A stretch of 64,000 nucleotides of DNA from Dehalococcoidia bacterium (GCA_029941115.1 JAPYRK010000007.1:2042-66041), one strand, 5' to 3'; counted from the first letter of the stretch, positions 9,389 through 19,950 are shown. Made by a program: numbers and translations. Notes: generated by a model from the sequence alone, not told the origin.

Positions 9389-11812
9389 ATGCTCGTTTCA
9401 TTAAAATGGCTGCGCGAATATATAGATCTGCCGAGTGAATTGGACATCTCAGAACTTGCCGAGTTATTAACAAGTGCATCAGCAGAAGTTGAGGGGATCG
9501 AATACCGAGGAAGCGACTGGGACGACTTGATTCAAGTCGGTCATGTCAATGATGTTTCCCCGCACCCGAACGCCGACAAGTTACGTCTAGCTACCGTAAA
9601 TTATGGATCAGATGAGCCGCTAACAGTAGTTTGTGGCGCTCCGAACCTGGAACGTGGTCAACGAATCGCATTTGCACAAGCGGGTGCGGTAGTAAAAAAC
9701 ACGAAGACAGGCCAAGACGTCAAGTTAAAACGCGCGAAAATTCGAGGTATTGAAAGTTCTGGAATGGTTCTTTCTGAGGCAGAGTTGGGTCTGTCTGACT
9801 CTCATGACGGAATCCTTGTGCTGGATGAAACCGCTCCTGTCGGTGCGAAACTTTCGGATCACCTCGGAGACATCATACTAGATGTTCATATTTGGCCGAA
9901 TCGACCCGACATGATGTCAATGGTTGGTATTGCACGTGAATTGGCGGCAATTCTCAAGATTGATTTGGTCAGCCCGAGTGTAAGTGAGGTGGAGATTCAC
10001 GACGAAACCGCTGCAGCTCCGAAAATACGTATAGCAAACGACCTTGAATGCCAGCGATATACAGGCATTGTCATAACTAATCTTAGTACTGCCACTTCCC
10101 CAAAATGGATGCAGGAACGTCTCCAAGCAGCAGGTATGCGACCTATCAACTCTATCGTTGACGTCACGAATTATGTCATGCTCGAGATAGGGCAACCTCT
10201 GCATGCTTTTGACTTCGACAAATTAACAACGGTAATTGAGGTGCGACGTGCATCGTCGCATGAAACAATAACGACCATTGACTCAATCGACAGAACTCTC
10301 TCAACTGACTCTCTAGTGATTTCGAATGAATCTAGGCCGATTGCTCTCGCCGGTGTAATGGGAGGGATAGAAACTGAAGTGAGCGATGAGACGAAGTCTA
10401 TATTCCTCGAAGCGGCCAATTTCAATCCAGTTCGTGTTCGGCGCACTGCCCAGGCATTTAATTTGCACTCCGAAGCATCTCGTAGATTTGAGCGGGGCCT
10501 TTCTCCGGAACTAACCAAGCTCGCAATAAAACGCGCTCTGGACCTATATGTCAATTACTGTGGTGGACTTCAGGCAAGCGTATTGACTGATCTCTATCGC
10601 CAACCTGCTGAAAGCGTGACCATCACCTTCTCGTCAGCGAAAATACAATCGATTTTAGGTATGCCGCTCTTGGACGAGCAAATATTAGAGATTCTTAAAG
10701 CCTTAGGGTATGAGTTCACTAAAAGCGAGGAGCTCTATTCGGTAACTTCACCCGCGTGGCGAACTGACGTTTCTCGTATCGAAGATGTGGCAGAGGATAT
10801 TGTTAGATTAGTCGGTTACGAAAAATTACCGGCACAACCAATCGCGGCACCTATTCCTGCCTGGGAGCCCAATCCGGTCAAGACGAGAGATAAAGTTGTA
10901 GATGCATTTGTTCAGGCTGGCTGCCAGGAAGTAATAACCTATTCGCTAACGACAGTAGAACAACTCATAAAAATCATGCCGGAACATCTGATTAACGCGA
11001 ATCCTCCCGTGGCTCTTCAAAATCCGTTATCGTTGGAACGGTCGGTGCTGCGGCCATCACTCCGGCATTCAATTCTCGAAACCGTTGCTAAGCAGGTTAA
11101 AGATGGCTCCAAACAAATAGTCATTTTTGAGATTGCTCGAGTATTTCTGTCAAATGATGGTAGCCTCCCAGTCGAAAAAGAGATGGTTTGTGGTGCAGTT
11201 ACTGGTTACCAAACCGACAGGTGGAATCAAGCTACTCCCGAAGCCTTAAATTTTTTCGACGCAAAAGGCCTAGTCGATTCAGCAATAAGTGTTTTGCGCT
11301 TAGATAATATATATGAAACCCAAGTAGAACCTATCGTGAGCGATTTAAAATTTGGAATGACCAGTCAAGCTTCCATTATCAAATCTCGCGAACTTCCAAT
11401 TGGTGTAATCGGTGACATGGAGCTAGAGGTGCTTTCCACATTTGGAATCGACACCCCTGTCACATTATTCGAATTTGATCTACGTATGATTCTAGAAGCA
11501 CTAAATGAAAAAACTTCGATCAAAATCCCTGCTAATACACCTTCGCTGCAGCAAGATATATCACTCGTGCTAGAAGAATCGCGCTCAGCCGGCCAGGTAA
11601 TGGACATAATTAATACATCTCCGCTTGTTACCAAGGCAGCCATCGTTGATATTTATCGTGGCAAACCCTTCAAAGCAACCCAGAAATCTATTTCCATCCG
11701 GATAGACTGGCAAGCTCCCAATAAAACACTCACCAGTAAAGAAGTAAGTGCGCTGCTGTCTCGTCTGCTCGCTCGCCTAGAAAAGGAGACCGGCGCGATC
11801 ATGCGCACATAA
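9389..11812 (+). CDS. pheT: phenylalanyl-tRNA synthetase beta subunit
   Basis: MLVSLKWLREYIDLP start, tRNA-binding, B3/B4, B5 and FDX-ACB domains. 807 aa. Confidence 0.9.
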   Translation: MLVSLKWLREYIDLPSELDISELAELLTSASAEVEGIEYRGSDWDDLIQVGHVNDVSPHPNADKLRLATVNYGSDEPLTVVCGAPNLERGQRIAFAQAGAVVKNTKTGQDVKLKRAKIRGIESSGMVLSEAELGLSDSHDGILVLDETAPVGAKLSDHLGDIILDVHIWPNRPDMMSMVGIARELAAILKIDLVSPSVSEVEIHDETAAAPKIRIANDLECQRYTGIVITNLSTATSPKWMQERLQAAGMRPINSIVDVTNYVMLEIGQPLHAFDFDKLTTVIEVRRASSHETITTIDSIDRTLSTDSLVISNESRPIALAGVMGGIETEVSDETKSIFLEAANFNPVRVRRTAQAFNLHSEASRRFERGLSPELTKLAIKRALDLYVNYCGGLQASVLTDLYRQPAESVTITFSSAKIQSILGMPLLDEQILEILKALGYEFTKSEELYSVTSPAWRTDVSRIEDVAEDIVRLVGYEKLPAQPIAAPIPAWEPNPVKTRDKVVDAFVQAGCQEVITYSLTTVEQLIKIMPEHLINANPPVALQNPLSLERSVLRPSLRHSILETVAKQVKDGSKQIVIFEIARVFLSNDGSLPVEKEMVCGAVTGYQTDRWNQATPEALNFFDAKGLVDSAISVLRLDNIYETQVEPIVSDLKFGMTSQASIIKSRELPIGVIGDMELEVLSTFGIDTPVTLFEFDLRMILEALNEKTSIKIPANTPSLQQDISLVLEESRSAGQVMDIINTSPLVTKAAIVDIYRGKPFKATQKSISIRIDWQAPNKTLTSKEVSALLSRLLARLEKETGAIMRT

Positions 11813-12076
11813 CCCCGACTAATACATCCCTTCCTTTTTAACGTACGAATTCTACCGGCGCAGGCACAATTACAAAACGAGTGTAACTAGGAGCTCCTAG
11901 CTCTCCCCGAGCAAAAGAAGATACTTTTTGGCTGCCAGCGGCAGCACAAATCCATAAGCAAGATCAACAATCTTCAAAACGATAGACCTTTAATAACTAA
12001 GGTATTAAGGCCTATCATAAACTATTCAACAAGAGGCCGATTCATCGCGAAACGTGGACCGTCTAACTCATTGCAC

Positions 12077-13270
12077 TTATGCGATAATTAATGGAATTCT
12101 CATCTCCGAGTCAGTAAGTCCACTGTGATGTGATTTCATTTTTAAAAAGCTACGATGGCCGGGAAATCCAGAAAATCGCAACGCAGCCGACCCTTTTGAG
12201 ATAGACACAAAATCACCAATATCAAAATTTGGCGCTACGCCGTAGCTATCTGATCCAAATAATTCCAATTCAAGGGCTTCGGATGCGCCAATGATAAAAA
12301 ACCATTCACCATAGACTGCCTGAAATAGCGAAATAAAAGTATGTTCGGCTCCAGGGATTACTTTCCAATAATGCACTCGCATATCGCCAAACGGTGGTTC
12401 ACGTAAAAGATGAGTTATATCTGATTCGAGGTCTAAAGATAGGTGTGGGTTGATTTCCAAATGACCATGGTCTGCAGTAAGTATAATTTTATAACTCGTG
12501 TTCATTGAATCAAGTTCTGACTGTATCCGGTCAAGCTGCTCGTCAAGTTCAATTACGGAGCGTTGTACCTCGATAGATAATCCTTTTTTATGAGCTATTG
12601 AATCTGGATGGGTTGTGTAAAAATAAGTAAAGCCATTGACCCTAGCACCAGCAACAATCTCCCTGATTAAGCCAGCTACCTCGTCAATACGCTCATAGCC
12701 GATCTTTCGGCCATTAGTGAACGCATGATCTGAAAATCGACTATTCACGATGTCAGATGGCATTAAGTAGAAAATACTTCTAGCCGTGGATTCAAAAATT
12801 GATTTCCATGAATATAATTCTCGATCAGCTTCATAAAATTCACTTAGTGGCTGGCGAGTCTGGGCTAGTTCATTATGGAAAACTGTCACGGGAGCCATAA
12901 CTGAATCAAGCCACACCCACCAGCCATTAACGCCGTGAGCTATCGGTGGGAGGCCTGATGCGATGGTAGTAATCCCCACCGGCGTCGTAGACGGGAAAAC
13001 AGCCAACAGATCCTGCTTTAGATGAGACTTAAGCCACCCGCCGTCAGGGGCGTATCGACTCAACGTTTCCGATCCTAAGCCGTCAGCAAGAACAAAAATT
13101 ACATGATCAGCTGTGGTTCCGAGATCAACTGAGCTTTCATTAAGGACAAGTGTCTTCGTGTCAATTAGCCGCGCAACGCTTGTCATAAGTTCAGTCAGTC
13201 CGGGTTCGGATCCTGGTCGTAGTAAATCACCAGAATTAAAAGATTGCTGAAGATCTCTAATATCGGTCAT
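12077..13270 (-). CDS. alkaline-phosphatase superfamily, type I phosphodiesterase/nucleotide pyrophosphatase family protein
   Basis: VLADGLGSE, FPSTTP (nucleophile Thr region) and ILTADHGH metal-ligand motifs of the Phosphodiest family. Confidence 0.7.
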   Translation of the reverse strand: MTDIRDLQQSFNSGDLLRPGSEPGLTELMTSVARLIDTKTLVLNESSVDLGTTADHVIFVLADGLGSETLSRYAPDGGWLKSHLKQDLLAVFPSTTPVGITTIASGLPPIAHGVNGWWVWLDSVMAPVTVFHNELAQTRQPLSEFYEADRELYSWKSIFESTARSIFYLMPSDIVNSRFSDHAFTNGRKIGYERIDEVAGLIREIVAGARVNGFTYFYTTHPDSIAHKKGLSIEVQRSVIELDEQLDRIQSELDSMNTSYKIILTADHGHLEINPHLSLDLESDITHLLREPPFGDMRVHYWKVIPGAEHTFISLFQAVYGEWFFIIGASEALELELFGSDSYGVAPNFDIGDFVSISKGSAALRFSGFPGHRSFLKMKSHHSGLTDSEMRIPLIIA

Positions 13271-13330
13271 GACTCGTATAGCTTATCGCAGGAGATAAAG
13301 ATTCGATAAGATAGACACAGAGAGTGGCTT

Positions 13331-13576
13331 TCAACTTAAATTAAGGACTAAACAGGTAAGCGTGCTCACAACTCCATTAATGGTGGCAACATCCTCTGTT
13401 ATAGCTCGGCCCAGCTCATCGAGAGATGAAGCTTCTAACTGAACAATGACATCATACTGGCCAGTGACAGTGTCGACCGAAAGTATTTTGCAATGTTCGG
13501 TTTCAATTCGCTTGAGGCCTTTCGTAACACCACGTGCTGCTCCGACCTCGGTTCCTACTAAAACATATCCACGCAT
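13331..13576 (-). CDS. stand-alone Lrp/AsnC C-terminal (RAM) ligand-binding domain protein
   Basis: 81 aa with a beta-alpha-beta-beta-alpha-beta RAM-like sequence (GYVLVGTEVG...YDVIVQLEASSLDEL) and no HTH domain. Confidence 0.6.
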   Translation of the reverse strand: MRGYVLVGTEVGAARGVTKGLKRIETEHCKILSVDTVTGQYDVIVQLEASSLDELGRAITEDVATINGVVSTLTCLVLNLS

Positions 13577-13657
13577 CGTAGTCCTTCTCCAATTTAATGA
13601 ATACTAAGCCTATATCAATAATATGCTATTAGTCGAAGGTTGATTTAGACTAATAGC

Positions 13658-14704
13658 ATGCTTGAAGCAAATCCTATCGCCGAACTCAAGACTACAACAG
13701 ATCAGGCCAGACTACGACTTGGTTCACTCGAAAATCTCGAGGATTTAGAAAACTGGCGTCTCGAAATATTAGGACGGCAAGGTCTGCTCACCAACCTTAT
13801 GAAAGGTATTGGAAATCTCCCCAACGAACTGCGCAAGGAATTCGGACAAATCGCCAACCAAGAACGGCGTGATCTGGAGAAAGTCTACGAGAATAGATTA
13901 TTAGATCTAAAAAATACACCCGAAAATATGGGTGGTGTCGACGTATCTCTTCCAGGGCGCATGCCCATTCAGGGTGGACTACACCCGATTACTCAAGTAC
14001 GTAGACAAATACTTGACGTATTCACGAGGCTAGGCTTCACGACGATCGAAGGACCTGAAGTCGAAACAGATAGTTATAACTTCGGTAAGCTAAGAATTCC
14101 GCCAGATCACCCAGCCAGAGATATGTGGGATACGTTCTGGCTGGACGGAAGCCATCTTGACGAAAAGATACTCCTACGAACTCATACTAGCCCGATGCAG
14201 ATTCGGTATATGGAATCACATCCAGAACCACCCATACGAATCGCTGTGCCTGGCCGTTGTTACAGATATGAGTCGACCGATGCAACTCATGAATGGATGC
14301 TTGAGCAAGTCGAACTGCTGGCAATTGATCGTGGCATCACGCTTGCTAATCTAAAAGGCACACTCCAAGAGTGGGCGCGCCAAATGTTTGGCGCCGATCG
14401 CAAAATAATGATGCGTCATTCATACTTCCCATTTGTCGAACCAGGTGTCGAGGTGGCAATCGACTGTTTTGATTGTGATGGCTCTGATAAGTCATGTGGA
14501 ATTTGTCGTGGCTCGGGTTGGCTAGAATTATTAGGCGCTGGAATGGTTCACCCCGAGATAATTGCTCAAGCAGGCTACGATCCAAACGAATACAGTGGAT
14601 TTGCTGCTGGTATGGGAGTCGAACGAGTCGCGATGGTCCTCCAAGGTGTCACTGATATCCGCCATTATCACGACAACCGGCACTCCTTCCTCTCTCAATT
14701 TTAG
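13658..14704 (+). CDS. pheS: phenylalanyl-tRNA synthetase alpha subunit
   Basis: HPARDMWDTFW, class II motifs, Bacillus-like Cys cluster CFDCDG..CGICRGSGW, C-terminal GMGVERVAM. Confidence 0.9.
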   Translation: MLEANPIAELKTTTDQARLRLGSLENLEDLENWRLEILGRQGLLTNLMKGIGNLPNELRKEFGQIANQERRDLEKVYENRLLDLKNTPENMGGVDVSLPGRMPIQGGLHPITQVRRQILDVFTRLGFTTIEGPEVETDSYNFGKLRIPPDHPARDMWDTFWLDGSHLDEKILLRTHTSPMQIRYMESHPEPPIRIAVPGRCYRYESTDATHEWMLEQVELLAIDRGITLANLKGTLQEWARQMFGADRKIMMRHSYFPFVEPGVEVAIDCFDCDGSDKSCGICRGSGWLELLGAGMVHPEIIAQAGYDPNEYSGFAAGMGVERVAMVLQGVTDIRHYHDNRHSFLSQF

Positions 14705-14741
14705 AAAAATGGTTACAATTTTAGATCAAGAGGCGTGACCC

Positions 14742-15185
14742 ATGGGAAAAAATTATAAAGATAAGCCGAATATAGAGGATGAAATTAACGAATTGCTTGG
14801 GAAATTAAATAATTTCCCAAAGGAGCAAACCGTTTCCGCTAGTACGGCACGGTTTCGTAATCTCGTACAGCAATTAGTGCAGTTTTTTCAACCAATAGTC
14901 AGGCCCGCATCAAACATAATTGCAAGAATTACCATGTCGAATCTAGCTGCTCTTGCTTCAGTCTTAATTCTTACCAGTTTTTTCCTCAGAAGAATCATTC
15001 CGCTTGCAATTTGGGGAGTCCCATTCGGGCTTGCATTTCTAATTGCTGCATTCGGCATGCTCGTATTTGGAACCCGTGGGGATAGCCTTGTGGAACAAAA
15101 TTGGCGAGGAAAATCTATACAGTTCCGCCAGCAGTCTAGACTCAAGCGATTCTTCACATACATGAGATCTCGACTTTCAAAATGA
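14742..15185 (+). CDS. hypothetical small membrane protein (2 predicted TM helices)
   Basis: 147-aa ORF with hydrophobic segments. No family recognised. Confidence 0.4.
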   Translation: MGKNYKDKPNIEDEINELLGKLNNFPKEQTVSASTARFRNLVQQLVQFFQPIVRPASNIIARITMSNLAALASVLILTSFFLRRIIPLAIWGVPFGLAFLIAAFGMLVFGTRGDSLVEQNWRGKSIQFRQQSRLKRFFTYMRSRLSK

Positions 15186-15249
15186 ACAAGACTTCAGATA
15201 GACAGACGGTAGTAGTATTAGATATAGGGTGGTAAGTTAGGCAAGGACA

Positions 15250-15888
15250 ATGTCGTTCGCTTTGAGCATTAGGCCCATTGGCGTGATGGTACGTCTCACT
15301 TTAGGCACATTTATTATCTTGACAAGTGCATGCTCAATATTGGCCCCCAAAGACTCTGAGCAAATAGAGGCGACCGCCACAGAATTCCCAGTGTATACCA
15401 CGACGGCTCCAGCTCCGGCAACGGCAACTCCATTCAACTCTCCGGTAATATCTATTGCTCCATCTAAAGCAACTGAAACGCAGACTCCGGACACACCTAA
15501 CCCTCAGTCAAAGCCAGATCTCGTGCCCGGCACCTATAGAGTAGAAGCTGGTGATACGCTGAGCGGGATATCTGAAAAATTCCAGATAACAATTGACGAA
15601 ATCAGGAAATTAAATCCCGAGCAAATAGACGACAATATCTTCGTAGGGCAAATACTAACCATTAGACCATTAGTATCGCCAACAATGTCCGCTGCGACTG
15701 CATCACCAACGGCTTATACAGCCCCCACACCTAGCGAAGTAACCGACTTGTATCTTGTCAAGGCTGGCGACGCAGCCATACTAATAGCAGAAGATTATGG
15801 GATAACATTTGAGGATCTCCAAGCCCTTAATCCTGAGGTTGATCTGAGTACAATATTTATAGGACAGGCGTTAAACGTACCGAAATAG
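15250..15888 (+). CDS. secreted/membrane-anchored protein with two LysM domains
   Basis: N-terminal hydrophobic signal, Pro/Thr-rich linker, two LysM repeats (YRVEAGDTLSGISEKF... and YLVKAGDAAILIAEDYG...). Confidence 0.75.
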   Translation: MSFALSIRPIGVMVRLTLGTFIILTSACSILAPKDSEQIEATATEFPVYTTTAPAPATATPFNSPVISIAPSKATETQTPDTPNPQSKPDLVPGTYRVEAGDTLSGISEKFQITIDEIRKLNPEQIDDNIFVGQILTIRPLVSPTMSAATASPTAYTAPTPSEVTDLYLVKAGDAAILIAEDYGITFEDLQALNPEVDLSTIFIGQALNVPK

Positions 15889-15892
15889 GTCC

Positions 15893-15910
15893 GAGAATTT
15901 CATAATTCTC
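15893..15910 (+). terminator. perfect 7-bp hairpin after LysM gene (no U-tract)
   Basis: GAGAATT-TCAT-AATTCTC immediately after the stop at 15888. No T-run follows, so intrinsic-terminator function is uncertain. Confidence 0.25.
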
Positions 15911-16019
15911 TGGTTAAACCGATCAAGGCAGTGGCGGTCTGGCGACTTCTCCGAGATACTCTTCTTAGTTAGTAAAATAGTTCTATTTAAAGTAATTGAT
16001 ACTGCGAAGGGATTTGCTC

Positions 16020-17555
16020 GTGAGTGAAAACAGCCTCGAACGTTTAAATGAAATTAAGACGAGCGCGCATCTTGGTGGCGGGCAGGACCGTATTGATAAA
16101 CAGCACGCGACAGGAAAATTGACCGCACGAGAGCGATTAGACTTGCTTCTTGATCCTGGATCATTTGTTGAAATTGACTCTCTGGCGGTCGATTACGGCG
16201 TCACAGATGAGTCGTTCTATGGCGACGCTGTAGTTACAGGTTGGGGACAGATTGAAGGCCGATCTGTCGCAGTTTTCTCTCAAGACTTCACAGTTTTCGG
16301 TGGATCACTTGGTGAAGTAATGGGAGCAAAAATTTGCAAGATCATGGATTTAGCAACCAAAACTGGTGTCCCTATTATTGGAGTAAATGACGGTGCGGGC
16401 GCTCGAATACAAGAGGGTGTCTCTGGATTAGCTGGATATGGGGATATTTTCTATCGAAATGTACAAGCAAGTGGCGTTATTCCGCAGATTTCAATAATTG
16501 CTGGACCATGTGCCGGAGGAGCTGTCTATTCCCCGGCTCTCACAGATTTCATATTCATGGTGGAAGAAAATTCTTATATGTTTCTGACTGGCCCAGACGT
16601 TGTTTTGGCGGCGACCGGTGAAGAAACAACTGCTGAAGAACTGGGAGGTGCCAGCTCCCACACAGCAAAGAGCGGCGTGGCTCATTTTTCAGCCGCAACT
16701 GAAGAGGATCTAATTCTGGATGTCCGTGCCTTGCTTTCTTATCTACCCTCGAACAATTTAGATGATGCTCCCTTCGAGTCAAGCACTGATCCTGTTGATA
16801 GAGAGCTGACAGACATCAGGGACATCGTTCCAGAAGATGCTGATAAGCCTTACGATATCCGAGACGTCATCGACCGGATCGTTGACAAAGGCACTTTTCT
16901 TGAAACCCATGAACGTTTTGCGCCAAACATAGTAGTCGGATTCGCGCGAGTTGAAGGCAAGGCAATCGGAATAGTTGGCAATCAACCGCTTTATCTAGCA
17001 GGAGTTCTTGACATTGACTCGTCGCGAAAGGCAGCGCGTTTCGTTCAATTTTGCGATTCGTTTAACCTGCCGGTCGTGACACTAGTAGATGTTCCCGGAT
17101 ATTTACCGGGCGTATCACAAGAATATGGTGGGATAATTGGACACGGGGCGAAGCTGGTTTATTCGTATGCCGCCGCGACAGTCCCAAAAGTAACTCTCAT
17201 ACTCAGAAAAGGTTTCGGGGGTGCGTATGATGCTATGGGCTCAAAGCATTTGGGCGCAGATATTAATTTTGCGTGGGCCGGCTCAGCCATCGCAGTTATG
17301 GCCGGGACGCAAGCAGTCAATATAATCAATCGACGCGAGCTAGCGAGCGCCGATAACGAAGATGAAACACGTGCCGAATTAGTTCAACAATATAAGGATA
17401 AATTGGAACATCCATACATTGCTGCCGGACGCGGCTACATCGATGACGTTATCGATCCACGTGAGAGCCGCTTAAAAATAGCTCAAGCTCTTCGTGTGCT
17501 TGAGACTAAGTCAGAGAAGGGGCTTTCCAAGAAGCACGGTAATATTCCTCTATAA
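16020..17555 (+). CDS. pccB: acyl-CoA carboxylase carboxyltransferase subunit (propionyl-CoA carboxylase beta-chain family)
   Basis: ERLNEIKTSAHLGGGQDRIDKQHATGKLTARERLDLL N-terminus and two crotonase-fold CT domains. GTG at 16020 preferred over TTG at 15996. Confidence 0.85.
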   Translation: MSENSLERLNEIKTSAHLGGGQDRIDKQHATGKLTARERLDLLLDPGSFVEIDSLAVDYGVTDESFYGDAVVTGWGQIEGRSVAVFSQDFTVFGGSLGEVMGAKICKIMDLATKTGVPIIGVNDGAGARIQEGVSGLAGYGDIFYRNVQASGVIPQISIIAGPCAGGAVYSPALTDFIFMVEENSYMFLTGPDVVLAATGEETTAEELGGASSHTAKSGVAHFSAATEEDLILDVRALLSYLPSNNLDDAPFESSTDPVDRELTDIRDIVPEDADKPYDIRDVIDRIVDKGTFLETHERFAPNIVVGFARVEGKAIGIVGNQPLYLAGVLDIDSSRKAARFVQFCDSFNLPVVTLVDVPGYLPGVSQEYGGIIGHGAKLVYSYAAATVPKVTLILRKGFGGAYDAMGSKHLGADINFAWAGSAIAVMAGTQAVNIINRRELASADNEDETRAELVQQYKDKLEHPYIAAGRGYIDDVIDPRESRLKIAQALRVLETKSEKGLSKKHGNIPL

Positions 17556-17709
17556 TCACTCTAGTTTGGTGGGCGAGGACTGAAAACAACAAAGTAAAAT
17601 GGCGTAGCGCTATACTTTTGTGGTTTGCTTAAAAGAAATATTTTGTCGAAGCCACAAAGAGTGTATTACATAAAATATAAACAACACTTCAGCACAGAGG
17701 AACAATCAT

Positions 17710-18930
17710 ATGTCAAAAATTCCAGTCAAGAACCCAGTAGTTGAACTCGATGGCGATGAGATGGCTAGAATCATGTGGGGATTCATTCGAGAAAAACTAA
17801 TACTGCCATATCTAGACGTGAATTTGGAATATTACGACCTCAGTATTGAAAAAAGAGATGAAACAGACGATCAAATTACCATTGATTCTGCAAATGCCAT
17901 TAAGCGGCACGGAGTTGGGGTGAAATGTGCCACCATCACGGCGGATGAGGACCGAGTAGAAGAATTTGGTCTTAAAGAAATGTGGAAATCACCGAATGGA
18001 ACCATCAGAAATATTCTTGATGGTACAGTTTTTAGAGAACCAGTTATCTGCTCTAACATCCCGCGAATTGTGCCCAATTGGGAACAACCGATAATTGTTG
18101 GTCGACATGCTCATGGAGACCAGTATCGGGCAACTGATTTTCTCATCCCAGGTCCTGGAAAAGTAACTATGATATTCGAACCTGCCGATGGAGGTGATTC
18201 GATTATTCGGGAAGTCAACCAATTCGATTCCAGTGGAATCACAATGGGGATGTACAACACAGATGAATCAATTCGAGGCTTTGCCCGAGCTTGTATGCGA
18301 TATGCATTAGAACGAAAATTTCCGCTCTGGCTATCCACAAAAAACACTATCCTAAAGCGCTATGATGGTCGATTTCGTGATCTATTCCAAGAAGAATACG
18401 CGAAGAACTTTCAGACAGACTTTGAAGCTGCTGGAATCGAATATGAGCACCGATTAATTGATGACGTGGTGGCCCAAGTTATGAAGGGCTCTGGAGGACT
18501 TGTGTGGGCATGTAAGAATTACGATGGAGATGTTCAATCTGATGCCGTAGCACAAGGATTTGGCTCACTTGGATTAATGACTTCCGTATTGCTTACTCCC
18601 GATGGCGATACCGTCGAAGCAGAAGCTGCTCATGGAACGGTCACTAGGCACTACAGGCAGCATCAAGCTGGACAAGCGACATCAACCAATCCAATTGCTT
18701 CAATCTTTGCATGGACAAGAGGCTTAGCTCATCGTGCGAAACTAGATGACAATAGTGACCTCGCAGCTTTTGCGGATACCCTTGAGAAGGTTTGTATCAC
18801 GGCTGTAGAGTCAGGTGAAATGACGAAAGATCTTTCACTAATCGTTGGCGGAGATCAGAAGTTTTTGACGACTGAGGGTTTCCTCTCAGCCATCGACGTT
18901 AGACTTCAAGCAGAGATGGCAGCTAAGTAA
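17710..18930 (+). CDS. icd: NADP-dependent isocitrate dehydrogenase, dimeric eukaryote-like (type II)
   Basis: 406 aa, collinear with eukaryotic cytosolic IDH1 (GDEMTRI..., [37 protein letters not shown]). Confidence 0.9.
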   Translation: MSKIPVKNPVVELDGDEMARIMWGFIREKLILPYLDVNLEYYDLSIEKRDETDDQITIDSANAIKRHGVGVKCATITADEDRVEEFGLKEMWKSPNGTIRNILDGTVFREPVICSNIPRIVPNWEQPIIVGRHAHGDQYRATDFLIPGPGKVTMIFEPADGGDSIIREVNQFDSSGITMGMYNTDESIRGFARACMRYALERKFPLWLSTKNTILKRYDGRFRDLFQEEYAKNFQTDFEAAGIEYEHRLIDDVVAQVMKGSGGLVWACKNYDGDVQSDAVAQGFGSLGLMTSVLLTPDGDTVEAEAAHGTVTRHYRQHQAGQATSTNPIASIFAWTRGLAHRAKLDDNSDLAAFADTLEKVCITAVESGEMTKDLSLIVGGDQKFLTTEGFLSAIDVRLQAEMAAK

Positions 18931-19017
18931 AGTTATCTAACATCGAATAAACACCAGCAAAGTTCGAGTAGTGATTCCTTCTTTCTGGACGCATGAAGTG
19001 GTATTGGAGATATAAAT

Positions 19018-19950
19018 ATGACTATGAAAAAAGTTACTATCGTGGGAGCGGGCAACACCGGAGCAACGATGGCCCAAATTCTTGCGGCGACCGGTATTGC
19101 TGACGTTGTTCTGTTGGATATTGTGGAAGGCTTGCCGCAAGGCAAGGCTTTAGACATAGCAGAGTCCCAACCTTGGACTGGATCCTCAAGCAAAATTCTA
19201 GGGACAAATAACTGGGCTGACTCGGCTGACTCAAATATACTAGTTGTAACTTCAGGTGTCGCCCGAAAACCCGGTATGACTCGCGAAGATCTTCTTGGAA
19301 CAAATGCGGGGATTGTCCGTTCCGTGGTCGCAGAGGCCGCGAGTCGATCACCAAATGCCGTTCTAGTTATATTCGCTAATCCTATGGACGCAATGTGCCA
19401 TGTTGCACTTGATACTTGCAACTGGCATCCATCTAGAGTGATCGGCCAAGGTGGAATGTTAGATACAGCTAGGTATCGGACATTTATCTCGATGGAAACT
19501 GGGGCATCAGTCCGAGATGTATCAGCTTGGGTTCTCGGAGGGCATACTGAAGCAACGATGGTACCTCTAGTCTCCAATGCTACAGTCGGTGGCGTACCAC
19601 TAACCTCGCTGTTGTCACAAGGAAAGATCCAAGCACTCGTCGAACGAACGAAGGGTGGTGGTGCAGAGATTGTGGACTTGCTAAAAACCGGAAGTGCCTT
19701 CGTTGCTCCCGCGGTCGCGACGATTGAGATGGTAAAAAGCATCTTACTTAATGAAAATCGATTACTCCCCGCCTGCGCTCTATTGGACGGGCAATTCGGT
19801 GGTATTAAAGACGCGTACGTCGGAGTTCCTCTATTACTTGGATCTGATGGTATATCTTCAATTTACGATATGCCGGTCTCAAATGAAGAACTTGATGCAA
19901 TACAAGCAGCTGGGGAGGCTGTAAAGGAGTTGGTTTCAGTTACTCCTTAG
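19018..19950 (+). CDS. mdh: malate dehydrogenase, LDH-like family
   Basis: KKVTIVGAGNTGAT Rossmann start, 310 aa, LDH/MDH family. Confidence 0.9.
   Translation: MTMKKVTIVGAGNTGATMAQILAATGIADVVLLDIVEGLPQGKALDIAESQPWTGSSSKILGTNNWADSADSNILVVTSGVARKPGMTREDLLGTNAGIVRSVVAEAASRSPNAVLVIFANPMDAMCHVALDTCNWHPSRVIGQGGMLDTARYRTFISMETGASVRDVSAWVLGGHTEATMVPLVSNATVGGVPLTSLLSQGKIQALVERTKGGGAEIVDLLKTGSAFVAPAVATIEMVKSILLNENRLLPACALLDGQFGGIKDAYVGVPLLLGSDGISSIYDMPVSNEELDAIQAAGEAVKELVSVTP

Noticed and set aside
15996-16019. TTG start for the carboxyltransferase
   Set aside because: The conserved PccB-family N-terminus begins at the GTG at 16020. The upstream 8 codons add a hydrophobic leader not seen in the family.
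18933-19742. 269-aa ORF on the minus strand
   Set aside because: It lies entirely antisense to the well-supported mdh gene and the icd 3' end. Its product is a low-complexity Ala/Ser/Thr/Pro-rich sequence, typical of antisense frames in coding DNA.
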